From the NCBI GenBank assembly GCA_965224095.1, contig OZ245039.1, positions 2,559,715 through 2,623,714 of the forward strand: 64,000 nucleotides of DNA. The letters run 5' to 3'. Below are positions 39,371 to 47,506 of this stretch, piece after piece. The stretch comes from Flavobacteriaceae bacterium (lineage in GTDB: Bacteria > Bacteroidota > Bacteroidia > Flavobacteriales > Flavobacteriaceae). The notes under the pieces were generated by a model. The model was not told the origin of the DNA. It did not search any database and saw nothing but the letters and a program-made list of their open reading frames with translations. Both the position numbers and the translations under genes were made by a program. Position 1 is the first letter of the stretch, and each line of letters opens with the position of its first letter.

Positions 39371-40134
39371 TTCCTAATTCCTAATCTCTAATTCCTAATT
39401 GAGTAGTTGGAAACAAAGGAGAATAATTAGAAATGAGAAATTCGAAATAAGAAATTAAATAAAGGTGTTTCTAATTCCTGATCTCTAATTCCTAATTGAG
39501 TGGTTGGAATCATAGGACAATAATTAGAAATGAGAAATTAGAAATTCGAAATTAATAAAGGTGTTTCTGATTCCTAATCTCTAATTCCTAATTGGGTAGT
39601 TGGAGACAAAGGAGAATAATTAGAAATGAGAAATGAGAAATTCGAAATTAAATAAAGGCGTTTCTGATTCCTGATTCCTGATTTCTAATTGAGTAGTTGG
39701 AGGCTAAGAGGAATAATTAGAAATGAGAAATGAGAAATTCGAAATTAATAAAGGTGTTTCTAATTCCTGATCTCTAATTCCTGATTAGGTGGCTGGAAAC
39801 AAAGAAGAATAATTAGAAATGAGAAATTCGAAATAAGAAATTAAATAAAGGTGTTTCTGATTCCTAATCTCTAATTCCTAATTGGTTTTTAGAAACATAG
39901 AAGAATAATTAGAAATGAGAAATTCGAAATAAGAAATTAAATAAAGGTGTTTCCGATTCCTAATCTCTAATTCCTAATTGAGTAGTTGGAAACAAAGGAG
40001 AATAATTAGAAATTCGTAATTCGAAATTAAATAAAGGTGTTTCTAATTCCTGATCTCTAATTCCTAATTGGTTTTTAGAAACATAGAAGAATAATGAGAA
40101 ATTAGAAATGAGAAATTCGTAATTCGAAATTAAT
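39371..40134 (+). repeat. Eight tandem ~96-97-bp palindromic repeat units
   Basis: Right-arm starts at 39425, 39522, 39618, 39715, 39811, 39907, 40004 and about 40093. The array ends 3 nt before the alpha-subunit ATG. Confidence 0.9.
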
Positions 40135-40137
40135 AAA

Positions 40138-42921
40138 ATGAAAGACCCAATCCAAAATACAGAACATCAGGCCCCAAACACAAAAACAAAACAGGCCTTT
40201 ATCAACGGGGAATCCTTTCCTATTGAGCCGGGCGAAACCATGCTGTCTTTTATCCGGCGATATAAAGAAAAAAGCCTGGTGCCTACCCTTTGTGATGCGC
40301 CGAATCTGGATCCCTTTGGGTCATGTAGAGTGTGCAGCGTTGAGGTAGCCCTCGAAGAAAACGGACCTGTAAAGACGGTGGCCTCCTGCCATACCCCCGT
40401 GGCCGAAGGGCAGCACATCTATACCAGTACTCAAGGTATTAAAGAATTGCGAAAAAACATTCTGGAGCTGGTACTTACCGATCACCCGCTGGACTGCCTA
40501 ACCTGTGAGGTCAATGGCAATTGCGAATTACAAACCGTAGCCGCCCAGGTAGGTATTCGCGAAGTGCGTTACCCGGAGGGCGATACCCATCTAAACAGAG
40601 AAAAAGACCTGAGTCACCCCTATATGACTTCCGACCTCTCCAAATGTATTAACTGCTATCGCTGTGTACGTGCCTGCGATGAATTACAGGGGCAGTTTGT
40701 ACTCAGTATGTCCGGAAGAGGCTTTGATTCCCATATTATAAAAGGGCTGGACCAGAGTTTTATGGAATCCGATTGTGTGAGTTGCGGAGCCTGCTCCCAG
40801 GCATGCCCTACCTCGGCGATTTCCGATGTCTTCCAGTCCAAAGCCATTTTTGCTACCGATACCACCCGAACCATCTGTACCTATTGCGGGGTGGGCTGTA
40901 ACCTGGAAGTAGCTACCGATAACGGTGAGATATTAAGTATCACCGCCCCCTATGATGCAGAGGTAAACCAGGGACATACCTGTTTAAAAGGGCGCTATGC
41001 CTTTAAGTTCTATAACCATCCCGAGCGACTCGATTCACCTATGATCAAACGCAACGGTGAATTCGAAAAAGTAAGCTGGGAGGAAGTATATGACTATATC
41101 GCCGATAAATTCAATCACTATAAATCGGAATTCGGACCTGATTTTCTGGCTGGTATTTCCTCTTCCCGATGTACCAATGAAGAGAACTACCTTATGCAGA
41201 AATTTTTCAGAGCCGTGATCCAGACCAATAATATAGATGGCTGTGCACGCGTATGCCATTCACCTACCGCATTGGGGATGCAACGTACCTATGGAACCGG
41301 TGCCGCCACCAACTCTATTGACGACCTCAATCATACCAACTGTATTATGGTAATCGGTGCCAATCCCACCGATGCCCATCCCGTAACCGGAGCCAAACTC
41401 AAGCAGTTTGCCATGAAATCGGATAACGTATCCATTGTAATCGATCCGCGACGTACCGAGCTGGCCAGATATGCCACCTATCACCTGCCACTCAGGCCCG
41501 GCACCAATGTAGCTGTTCTCAATATGATGATGTATTATATTGTGACAGAAGGCCTGGTAGATGAAACCTTTATAAAGAACCGAACCGAAGGCTATGAAGA
41601 CTTTAAAAAAGAACTGCTGGCCATCGATCTGGACAAGCTGGAATCCGTTTCCGGACTCGACCGTGCCCTGGTTCGCGAAGCTGCTATGGCCTATGCCACC
41701 GCACCCAATGCCATGTCGTTTCACGGGCTGGGGGTTACCGAACACTCCCAGGGAACCTTTACCGTGATGCAGATAGCCGATCTGGCACTGATGACCGGGA
41801 ATATAGGACGTAAAGGAGTAGGCGTAAACCCTCTCCGCGGACAAAACAATGTGCAGGGCTCTGCCGATATGGGTGTACAACCCCATCAGGGAGCCGGATA
41901 CCTCGATGTAACCAATGAAGAAGTCAATAAAAAATACAATGAATTCTACGGGGTGACCGTTCCAAAACACATAGGATATAAGATCCCAGAAATGTTTGAC
42001 GCTGCCCTCGACGGAAAACTCAAAGCCATCTGGATCATTGGGGAAGATGTGGTACAAACCGATCCTAATACCCAAAAGGTGATCAAAGCCCTGGAGAGTA
42101 CCGATCTGGTAATCGTTCAGGAACTCTTTATGACCGAAACCGCCAAGCATGCCGATGTTATTTTACCCGGAGCCTCCTTCCTGGAAAAGAGCGGTACCTT
42201 TACCAATGGAGAGCGACGCGTACAGGCCGTTCGCCAGGTAGTGCAACCCCATCCCGGAACCAAACCCGACGGACAGATCATCATAGATATGATGAATAAA
42301 ATGGGTTACGAGCAAGCCGATTATACTCCCGATGGTATGCTGGAGGAGATCTCACAAATCGTGCCCTTCTTTGCAGGAATTAAATGGGACCGACTGGGAG
42401 AAAACGGACTTCAATGGCCGGTACAAGCCGACGGTACCGATACCCAGATTCTCCATACCGAAACCTTTAAACGCGGTAAGGGATATTTTGAATTTAATCC
42501 ATGGGAAGAAACCGCAGAGCTTACCGAGCATGCCAAAGACTATCCCTATATTCTAACTACCAATCGCGAGCTGGAACACTATAACTGCGGGGCTATGACC
42601 CGTCGTACCGCCAATGAAGAGATCCTTCAATCCGATTATTTAATGATTCATCCCGATGATGCTGTAAGTCATTTAATCAGCGAAGGCGACTGGGTATGTC
42701 TGGAATCCCCCAGAGGTAAGGTAGATGTTAAAGCCCGTATTACCGATGAGGTAAAACCCGGAATATTGAGTACCACCTTCCACTTTCCGGAGATCATGAT
42801 CAATAATATCACCGGTGATGTACACGACTCCGAAGCCATGTGTCCTGAATATAAGGTAGTGGCCGTACGGATACGAAAGAGTAAGGGGAAGTTTAAAAAG
42901 GGGAAGGTTGGGGTAGTATAG
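40138..42921 (+). CDS. fdhF: Formate dehydrogenase alpha subunit (molybdopterin, NAD-type; Cys not Sec at the active site)
   Basis: N-terminal 2Fe-2S (CRVCSVEV). HPLDCLTCEVNGNCELQ. Two ferredoxin 4Fe-4S motifs. CTYCGVGCN. CARVCHSPT active-site block. Confidence 0.95.
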   Translation: MKDPIQNTEHQAPNTKTKQAFINGESFPIEPGETMLSFIRRYKEKSLVPTLCDAPNLDPFGSCRVCSVEVALEENGPVKTVASCHTPVAEGQHIYTSTQGIKELRKNILELVLTDHPLDCLTCEVNGNCELQTVAAQVGIREVRYPEGDTHLNREKDLSHPYMTSDLSKCINCYRCVRACDELQGQFVLSMSGRGFDSHIIKGLDQSFMESDCVSCGACSQACPTSAISDVFQSKAIFATDTTRTICTYCGVGCNLEVATDNGEILSITAPYDAEVNQGHTCLKGRYAFKFYNHPERLDSPMIKRNGEFEKVSWEEVYDYIADKFNHYKSEFGPDFLAGISSSRCTNEENYLMQKFFRAVIQTNNIDGCARVCHSPTALGMQRTYGTGAATNSIDDLNHTNCIMVIGANPTDAHPVTGAKLKQFAMKSDNVSIVIDPRRTELARYATYHLPLRPGTNVAVLNMMMYYIVTEGLVDETFIKNRTEGYEDFKKELLAIDLDKLESVSGLDRALVREAAMAYATAPNAMSFHGLGVTEHSQGTFTVMQIADLALMTGNIGRKGVGVNPLRGQNNVQGSADMGVQPHQGAGYLDVTNEEVNKKYNEFYGVTVPKHIGYKIPEMFDAALDGKLKAIWIIGEDVVQTDPNTQKVIKALESTDLVIVQELFMTETAKHADVILPGASFLEKSGTFTNGERRVQAVRQVVQPHPGTKPDGQIIIDMMNKMGYEQADYTPDGMLEEISQIVPFFAGIKWDRLGENGLQWPVQADGTDTQILHTETFKRGKGYFEFNPWEETAELTEHAKDYPYILTTNRELEHYNCGAMTRRTANEEILQSDYLMIHPDDAVSHLISEGDWVCLESPRGKVDVKARITDEVKPGILSTTFHFPEIMINNITGDVHDSEAMCPEYKVVAVRIRKSKGKFKKGKVGVV

Positions 42922-42937
42922 CGTTTTTATAGATTGC

Positions 42938-43039
42938 GAATTTCTGATTTCTAATTCCTAATTAGGTTCTTGGAAGCATAAGGGTATGATCAAAAATCAA
43001 AAATTAGAAACTAGGAATTAGGAATTAGGAATCAGAAAT
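42938..43039 (+). repeat. Solitary copy of the heptad-arm hairpin element after the fdh operon
   Basis: Left arm gaatttctgatttctaattcctaatt (42938-42963) is nearly perfectly complementary to aattaggaattaggaatcagaaat (43016-43039). Confidence 0.8.
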
Positions 43040-43110
43040 AAAAAACCGCTTATAGTTTAACCGTTTAGCTGTTAATCGTTTATTTTAGATGTTGTTTGAG
43101 TAATAATACA

Positions 43111-43248
43111 ATTATCCGATTTAACGCATCCACGTATCAACGTATCAACCCTTCGTCAACCAATTAGAAATCAGACCTCAGAATTAATGATCCAAGCCCC
43201 AAAATAATCAATCATCAATAGTCAATCATCAATAGCCAATAATCAATT
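43111..43248 (+). repeat. Dispersed 'tatccgatt-aacg-atc...caac..aattagaaat' module plus a 14-nt tandem repeat at the left edge of the R-M island
   Basis: The module at 43111-43180 recurs at 53217, 53333 and 57018. (caatcatcaatagN) occurs about 2.8 times at 43205-43248. Confidence 0.7.
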
Positions 43249-43395
43249 AAAAATTAATCCTTACATTTATTGTTCCTCCCAGCCTTTTGGTTTTATCAGA
43301 ATTTATATGCATTCTTTTTTTACTTGTTCTATGTAGTGTTCTTCAACTTAATTACATTAGTAGTCTTAAAGAAAATAAGAATAAGGGATAGTTAA

Positions 43396-45852
43396 ATGGC
43401 AATAAAAAAATCTGAATTATATAGCTCATTATGGGCAAGTTGTGACGAATTAAGAGGCGGAATGGACGCAAGTCAGTACAAAGATTATGTATTGGTAATG
43501 CTCTTTATAAAATATATAAGTGACAAATGGGCTGGTCAGCCCTATGCACCAATCACCATTCCAAATGGGGCAAGTTTTAAAGATATGGTTGCACTTAAAG
43601 GCGCAACCGATATTGGTGACCAAATCAACAAAAAAATAATTGCACCTGTTGCAGAAGCAAATCAGTTAGCTGATATGCCGGATTTCAATGATGTGACCAA
43701 ATTAGGTAGCGGAAAAGAAATGGTAGATAGGTTAACCAACTTGATTGCCATTTTTGAAAACCCTAATCTTGATTTTAGTAAAAACAAAGCAGAAGGGGAT
43801 GATATATTAGGGGATGCTTATGAATATTTAATGCGTCACTTTGCTACGGAAAGCGGAAAAAGCAAAGGACAGTTCTATACCCCTGCCGAAGTTAGCCGAA
43901 TAATGGCTAAAATTATTGGTATAGACAAAGAAGAAACTACCGCAGAAACTACAGTATATGACCCTGCCTGTGGTTCGGGTTCCTTACTTCTAAAAATTAG
44001 TAGCGTAGCTAAAGGTAAGGTTACTTTGTATGGTCAGGAAAAAGATTCAGCAACTTCTGGTCTCGCTCGAATGAATATGATATTACACAACGAACCAACG
44101 GCACTCATCAAACAAGGTAATACATTATCAAACCCTTTGTTTAAAAACAAAAACAACGACAATCTAAAAACCTTTGACTATGTAGTAGCTAATCCACCGT
44201 TTAGTGATAAACGTTGGAGTAACGGATTAAACCTGCCTGAAGATTATCCCTATAATCGTTTTCAGGACTATGGCATCCCACCCGCAAAGAATGGGGACTA
44301 TGCCTTTTTATTACACATCGTACGTTCCTTAAAACGTCACGGAAAGGGGGCAGTTATTTTACCTCACGGTGTTTTGTTTAGAGGAAATGCAGAAGCAGAA
44401 ATACGTCAGAATTTAATTCGTAAAGGTTATATAAAAGGCATTATTGGTTTACCTGCCAATTTGTTTTATGGTACAGGTATTCCAGCGTGTATTATTTTAA
44501 TAGATAAGGAAAATGCCCAAAACCGAAAAGGTATTTTTATGATAGATGCCGGTAAAGGTTTTGTAAAAGACGGTAACAAAAACAGATTAAGAGAGCAGGA
44601 TATTCACAAGATTGCCGATGTGTTTAATAACCAAGAGTCCATACCGGGATTTAGCAGAATGGTCTACCTGGCAGATATTGAAGCTAATGAATACAATCTA
44701 AATATTCCAAGATATATAGAGAGCCAGGAAACCGAAGACATACAAGATATTGAAGCGCATTTATTAGGTGATATTCCTAATGCAGATATAAAGGCATTAC
44801 AACACTTTTGGGATGTATATCCTAACGTAAAAGGTGCATTGTTTACCCAAAGTAAAAGACCAAATTACAGTAGTTTAAAAGTGTCTAAAGATGAGATTAA
44901 GACCACCATTTTTGAGCATCCAGAGTTTGTAGCGTTTAGTACCCAAATGGATAATTTATTCAACGAATGGAAAATAGAAACAACAACGACTTTAAAAGGC
45001 TTAACAGAAGGTTTTAACCCAAAAGAATTAATACACAGCCTATCTGAAAATTTATTGAATCAATATACCAATAAGGCATTGATAGACTCTTATGATATGT
45101 ACCAGCATTTAATGAGTTATTGGTTTGAAGTAATGCAAGATGATAGTTACATCATTACCCAAGATGGTTGGAAAGCTGAAACCTATAGAATTATAGTAGA
45201 AAACAAGCAAAAGAAAAAAGTAGATAAAGGTTGGACGTGCGATCTTGTACCTAAAGACTTGGTGATTAACCGTTATTTTAAAACAGAAAAAGAAGCGTTA
45301 GAAAGTTTACAAGCTGAAAAAGAAACTATTGCAAGTGAGCTAACCGAATTAGAGGAAGAACACAGTAGTGAAGATGGTTATTTTGGGGAGATGGAAAAAG
45401 TAAACAAAGCCACTATAAATGCTCGTATTAAAGAATTAAAAGCTAAACAAAAAACTGCAGTCACCTCGAGCGCAGTCGAGAGGTCTCATAATGATGATGA
45501 CTCTAATGAAATGGAAGTGTTAAAACAATATATCGCTCTACTTACCAAACAAACAGCTACCAACAAAAAGATTAAAGAAGCAGAAAAAGAGTTAGACACA
45601 AAACTCTATGCAAAATATCCAACATTAACCCAAGATGAAGTAAAACAATTAGTAGTAGATGATAAATGGATGCAAACCATAGAAACTACTATAAAAGACG
45701 AAATAGACCACATAAGTCAACGTTTAACCAACCGTGTAAAAGAATTAGCAGAACGTTACGAAAACCCATTACCTGTTATTGATAATGAAGTTGAAAGTTT
45801 GGAAATTAAAGTGAACGCTCACTTGCAAAAAATGGGTTTTGTATGGAATTAA
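43396..45852 (+). CDS. hsdM: Type I restriction-modification methyltransferase subunit M (long form with C-terminal coiled-coil)
   Basis: Motif I VYDPACGSGSLL, motif IV VVANPPFS, and a conserved N-terminal LWASCDELRG. Confidence 0.95.
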   Translation: MAIKKSELYSSLWASCDELRGGMDASQYKDYVLVMLFIKYISDKWAGQPYAPITIPNGASFKDMVALKGATDIGDQINKKIIAPVAEANQLADMPDFNDVTKLGSGKEMVDRLTNLIAIFENPNLDFSKNKAEGDDILGDAYEYLMRHFATESGKSKGQFYTPAEVSRIMAKIIGIDKEETTAETTVYDPACGSGSLLLKISSVAKGKVTLYGQEKDSATSGLARMNMILHNEPTALIKQGNTLSNPLFKNKNNDNLKTFDYVVANPPFSDKRWSNGLNLPEDYPYNRFQDYGIPPAKNGDYAFLLHIVRSLKRHGKGAVILPHGVLFRGNAEAEIRQNLIRKGYIKGIIGLPANLFYGTGIPACIILIDKENAQNRKGIFMIDAGKGFVKDGNKNRLREQDIHKIADVFNNQESIPGFSRMVYLADIEANEYNLNIPRYIESQETEDIQDIEAHLLGDIPNADIKALQHFWDVYPNVKGALFTQSKRPNYSSLKVSKDEIKTTIFEHPEFVAFSTQMDNLFNEWKIETTTTLKGLTEGFNPKELIHSLSENLLNQYTNKALIDSYDMYQHLMSYWFEVMQDDSYIITQDGWKAETYRIIVENKQKKKVDKGWTCDLVPKDLVINRYFKTEKEALESLQAEKETIASELTELEEEHSSEDGYFGEMEKVNKATINARIKELKAKQKTAVTSSAVERSHNDDDSNEMEVLKQYIALLTKQTATNKKIKEAEKELDTKLYAKYPTLTQDEVKQLVVDDKWMQTIETTIKDEIDHISQRLTNRVKELAERYENPLPVIDNEVESLEIKVNAHLQKMGFVWN

Positions 45853-47030
45853 AACAAGGTTATAAACAAACGGAAGTTGGTTTGATTCCAGAGGATTGGG
45901 AAGTTGCAACTTTAAATGATGCTGTTGTTTTTTTAGATAATTTAAGAAGACCTATAAAATCATCTGAAAGATTACAAATGAAAGGTAATTATCCTTATTA
46001 TGGAGCTTCTGGTATCATAGATTATGTTAATTCATATCTCTTTGATGATGAATTAATTTTACTCGGTGAAGATGGTGAAAACATATTGAGTAGAAATTTG
46101 CCACTTGCGTTTATTGCAAAAGGGAAAATATGGGTTAATAACCACGCACACGTGCTGAAACCAAAAGAAGATTTCAATATTGTTTATTTAACTGAATATT
46201 TAGAGAGTTTAGATTATAGTTTGCTTAATTCAGGAACGGCTCAACCAAAGATTAACCAACAGGTTTGTCAAAAAATCCAAGTTCTAAAACCACCACTTCC
46301 AGAACAAAAAGCCATAGCCCAAGTATTAAGCGATACCGACAATTTAATACAAGCCATAGAACAAAAACTCTCAAAAAAAAGAGCCATTAAACAAGGTGCT
46401 ATACAAGAACTCTTAACACCTAAAGAAGATTGGGAGGAGAAGAAGCTGGGCGAGGTTTCCGAAGTTTTTGGAAGAATAGGATTTAGAGGATATACTAAAA
46501 AAGATATTGTTCCTAAAGGCAAAGGAGCAATAGCATTAAGCCCATCAAATATCAATGATAACGAATTAAATTTTATAAAAAGTACTTATATATCTTGGTT
46601 TAAATATGATGAATCCCCAGAAATTAAAATAAATGTTGGAGACATAGTTTTAGTAAAAACAGCTTCAATTGGTAAAACAGCTTTGGTAAAGTATTTACCT
46701 GAAAAAGCAACATTAAATCCACAGTTAGTTGTATTCAAAAACATAAAAGTTGATAATGTTTTTCTTTCATATATAATGAAGGATAAAGTTTTTCAAAATC
46801 AAATAAAAACAAGTGTTGTAGGTGGAGTTTTGGCAACATTATCACAGGAATACATTAAGAGCTTTTTAATTCCGTTACCAAAAACAAAAGAAGAACAAAC
46901 TCAAATCGCCATCATCCTTTCCGATATGGATGCAGAAATCGAGCAATTAGAACAAAAGCTATCTAAATATAAATTGGTAAAACAGGGTTTAATGCAAAAC
47001 TTGTTAACGGGTAAAATTAGGTTGGTATGA
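45843..47030 (+). CDS. hsdS: Type I R-M specificity subunit S
   Basis: Two target-recognition halves, each followed by the conserved helix (LPEQKAIAQVLSDTDNLIQAIEQKL / EEQTQIAIILSDMDAEIEQLEQKL). 10-nt overlap with hsdM. Confidence 0.95.
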   Translation: MELKQGYKQTEVGLIPEDWEVATLNDAVVFLDNLRRPIKSSERLQMKGNYPYYGASGIIDYVNSYLFDDELILLGEDGENILSRNLPLAFIAKGKIWVNNHAHVLKPKEDFNIVYLTEYLESLDYSLLNSGTAQPKINQQVCQKIQVLKPPLPEQKAIAQVLSDTDNLIQAIEQKLSKKRAIKQGAIQELLTPKEDWEEKKLGEVSEVFGRIGFRGYTKKDIVPKGKGAIALSPSNINDNELNFIKSTYISWFKYDESPEIKINVGDIVLVKTASIGKTALVKYLPEKATLNPQLVVFKNIKVDNVFLSYIMKDKVFQNQIKTSVVGGVLATLSQEYIKSFLIPLPKTKEEQTQIAIILSDMDAEIEQLEQKLSKYKLVKQGLMQNLLTGKIRLV

Positions 47031-47500
47031 AAGAAAATATACTCTTTTACATTGGTCTTTTAAAAGATTTAGCACCACTAATAATTTCATTAGTTGCTAT
47101 TTGGCTTACAAGTCGCTATCAAAAGCACACAAAAAAGTTAGCTAATGATAAAATGATGAAAGAGCTCTTTACGGAGTTTAATCAACGCTATGATGCGATT
47201 AACAATAAATTAGATGAAGTATCCAAACTAACTTTAGAGCAATGGAATAAGTTAAGTTCTAAAGAGCAATTAGTTAAAGAAGGCGTTGTTATAGACTTTT
47301 TTAATATCTGTGCAGAAGAATACCATTGGCATAAAGAAGGTAGAATAAATGGTAATATATGGGCAAGTTGGCATAAAGGTATGAATGATATTTATAACAG
47401 AAGTAAGGTGATTCAAAACATTTGGAATGAAGAATGTAAAAATGAGGGTCATAAATCCTACTACCTTTCAAATAAGAATGACATTTTTAAAAAGGTGTAA
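47027..47500 (+). CDS. Uncharacterised 157-aa single-pass membrane protein nested in the R-M operon
   Basis: ATGA overlap with hsdS. TM helix LAPLIISLVAIWLTS followed by a basic stretch, then a Trp/His-rich helical domain. I recognise no catalytic motif. Confidence 0.75.
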   Translation: MKENILFYIGLLKDLAPLIISLVAIWLTSRYQKHTKKLANDKMMKELFTEFNQRYDAINNKLDEVSKLTLEQWNKLSSKEQLVKEGVVIDFFNICAEEYHWHKEGRINGNIWASWHKGMNDIYNRSKVIQNIWNEECKNEGHKSYYLSNKNDIFKKV

Positions 47501-47506
47501 ATTTTT

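Noticed and set aside
38567-40137. The regularly spaced repeats could be mistaken for a CRISPR array.
   Set aside because: The repeated unit is itself a long palindrome. The 'spacers' (loops) are homologous to one another rather than unique, the period is about 97 bp, a protein gene sits inside the array, and no cas genes are in the window.
41260-42150. 296-aa antisense ORF inside the formate dehydrogenase alpha gene. Similar antisense ORFs occur at 30065-30580, 34231-34752, 60816-61238 and 8402-8818.
   Set aside because: They lie opposite strongly supported, motif-rich genes and have skewed, repetitive amino-acid composition. They are typical shadow ORFs.
40138-42921. Possible selenocysteine (in-frame TGA) in the formate dehydrogenase alpha subunit.
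   Set aside because: The ORF is uninterrupted and the active-site block reads CARVCHSPT, so this is a Cys-type enzyme.
45458-45490. Locally GC-rich patch (acctcgagcgcagtcgagaggtct) inside the A+T-rich hsdM.
   Set aside because: It stays in frame within the coiled-coil linker and forms no convincing inverted repeat. It is probably just sequence variation in a low-constraint linker.
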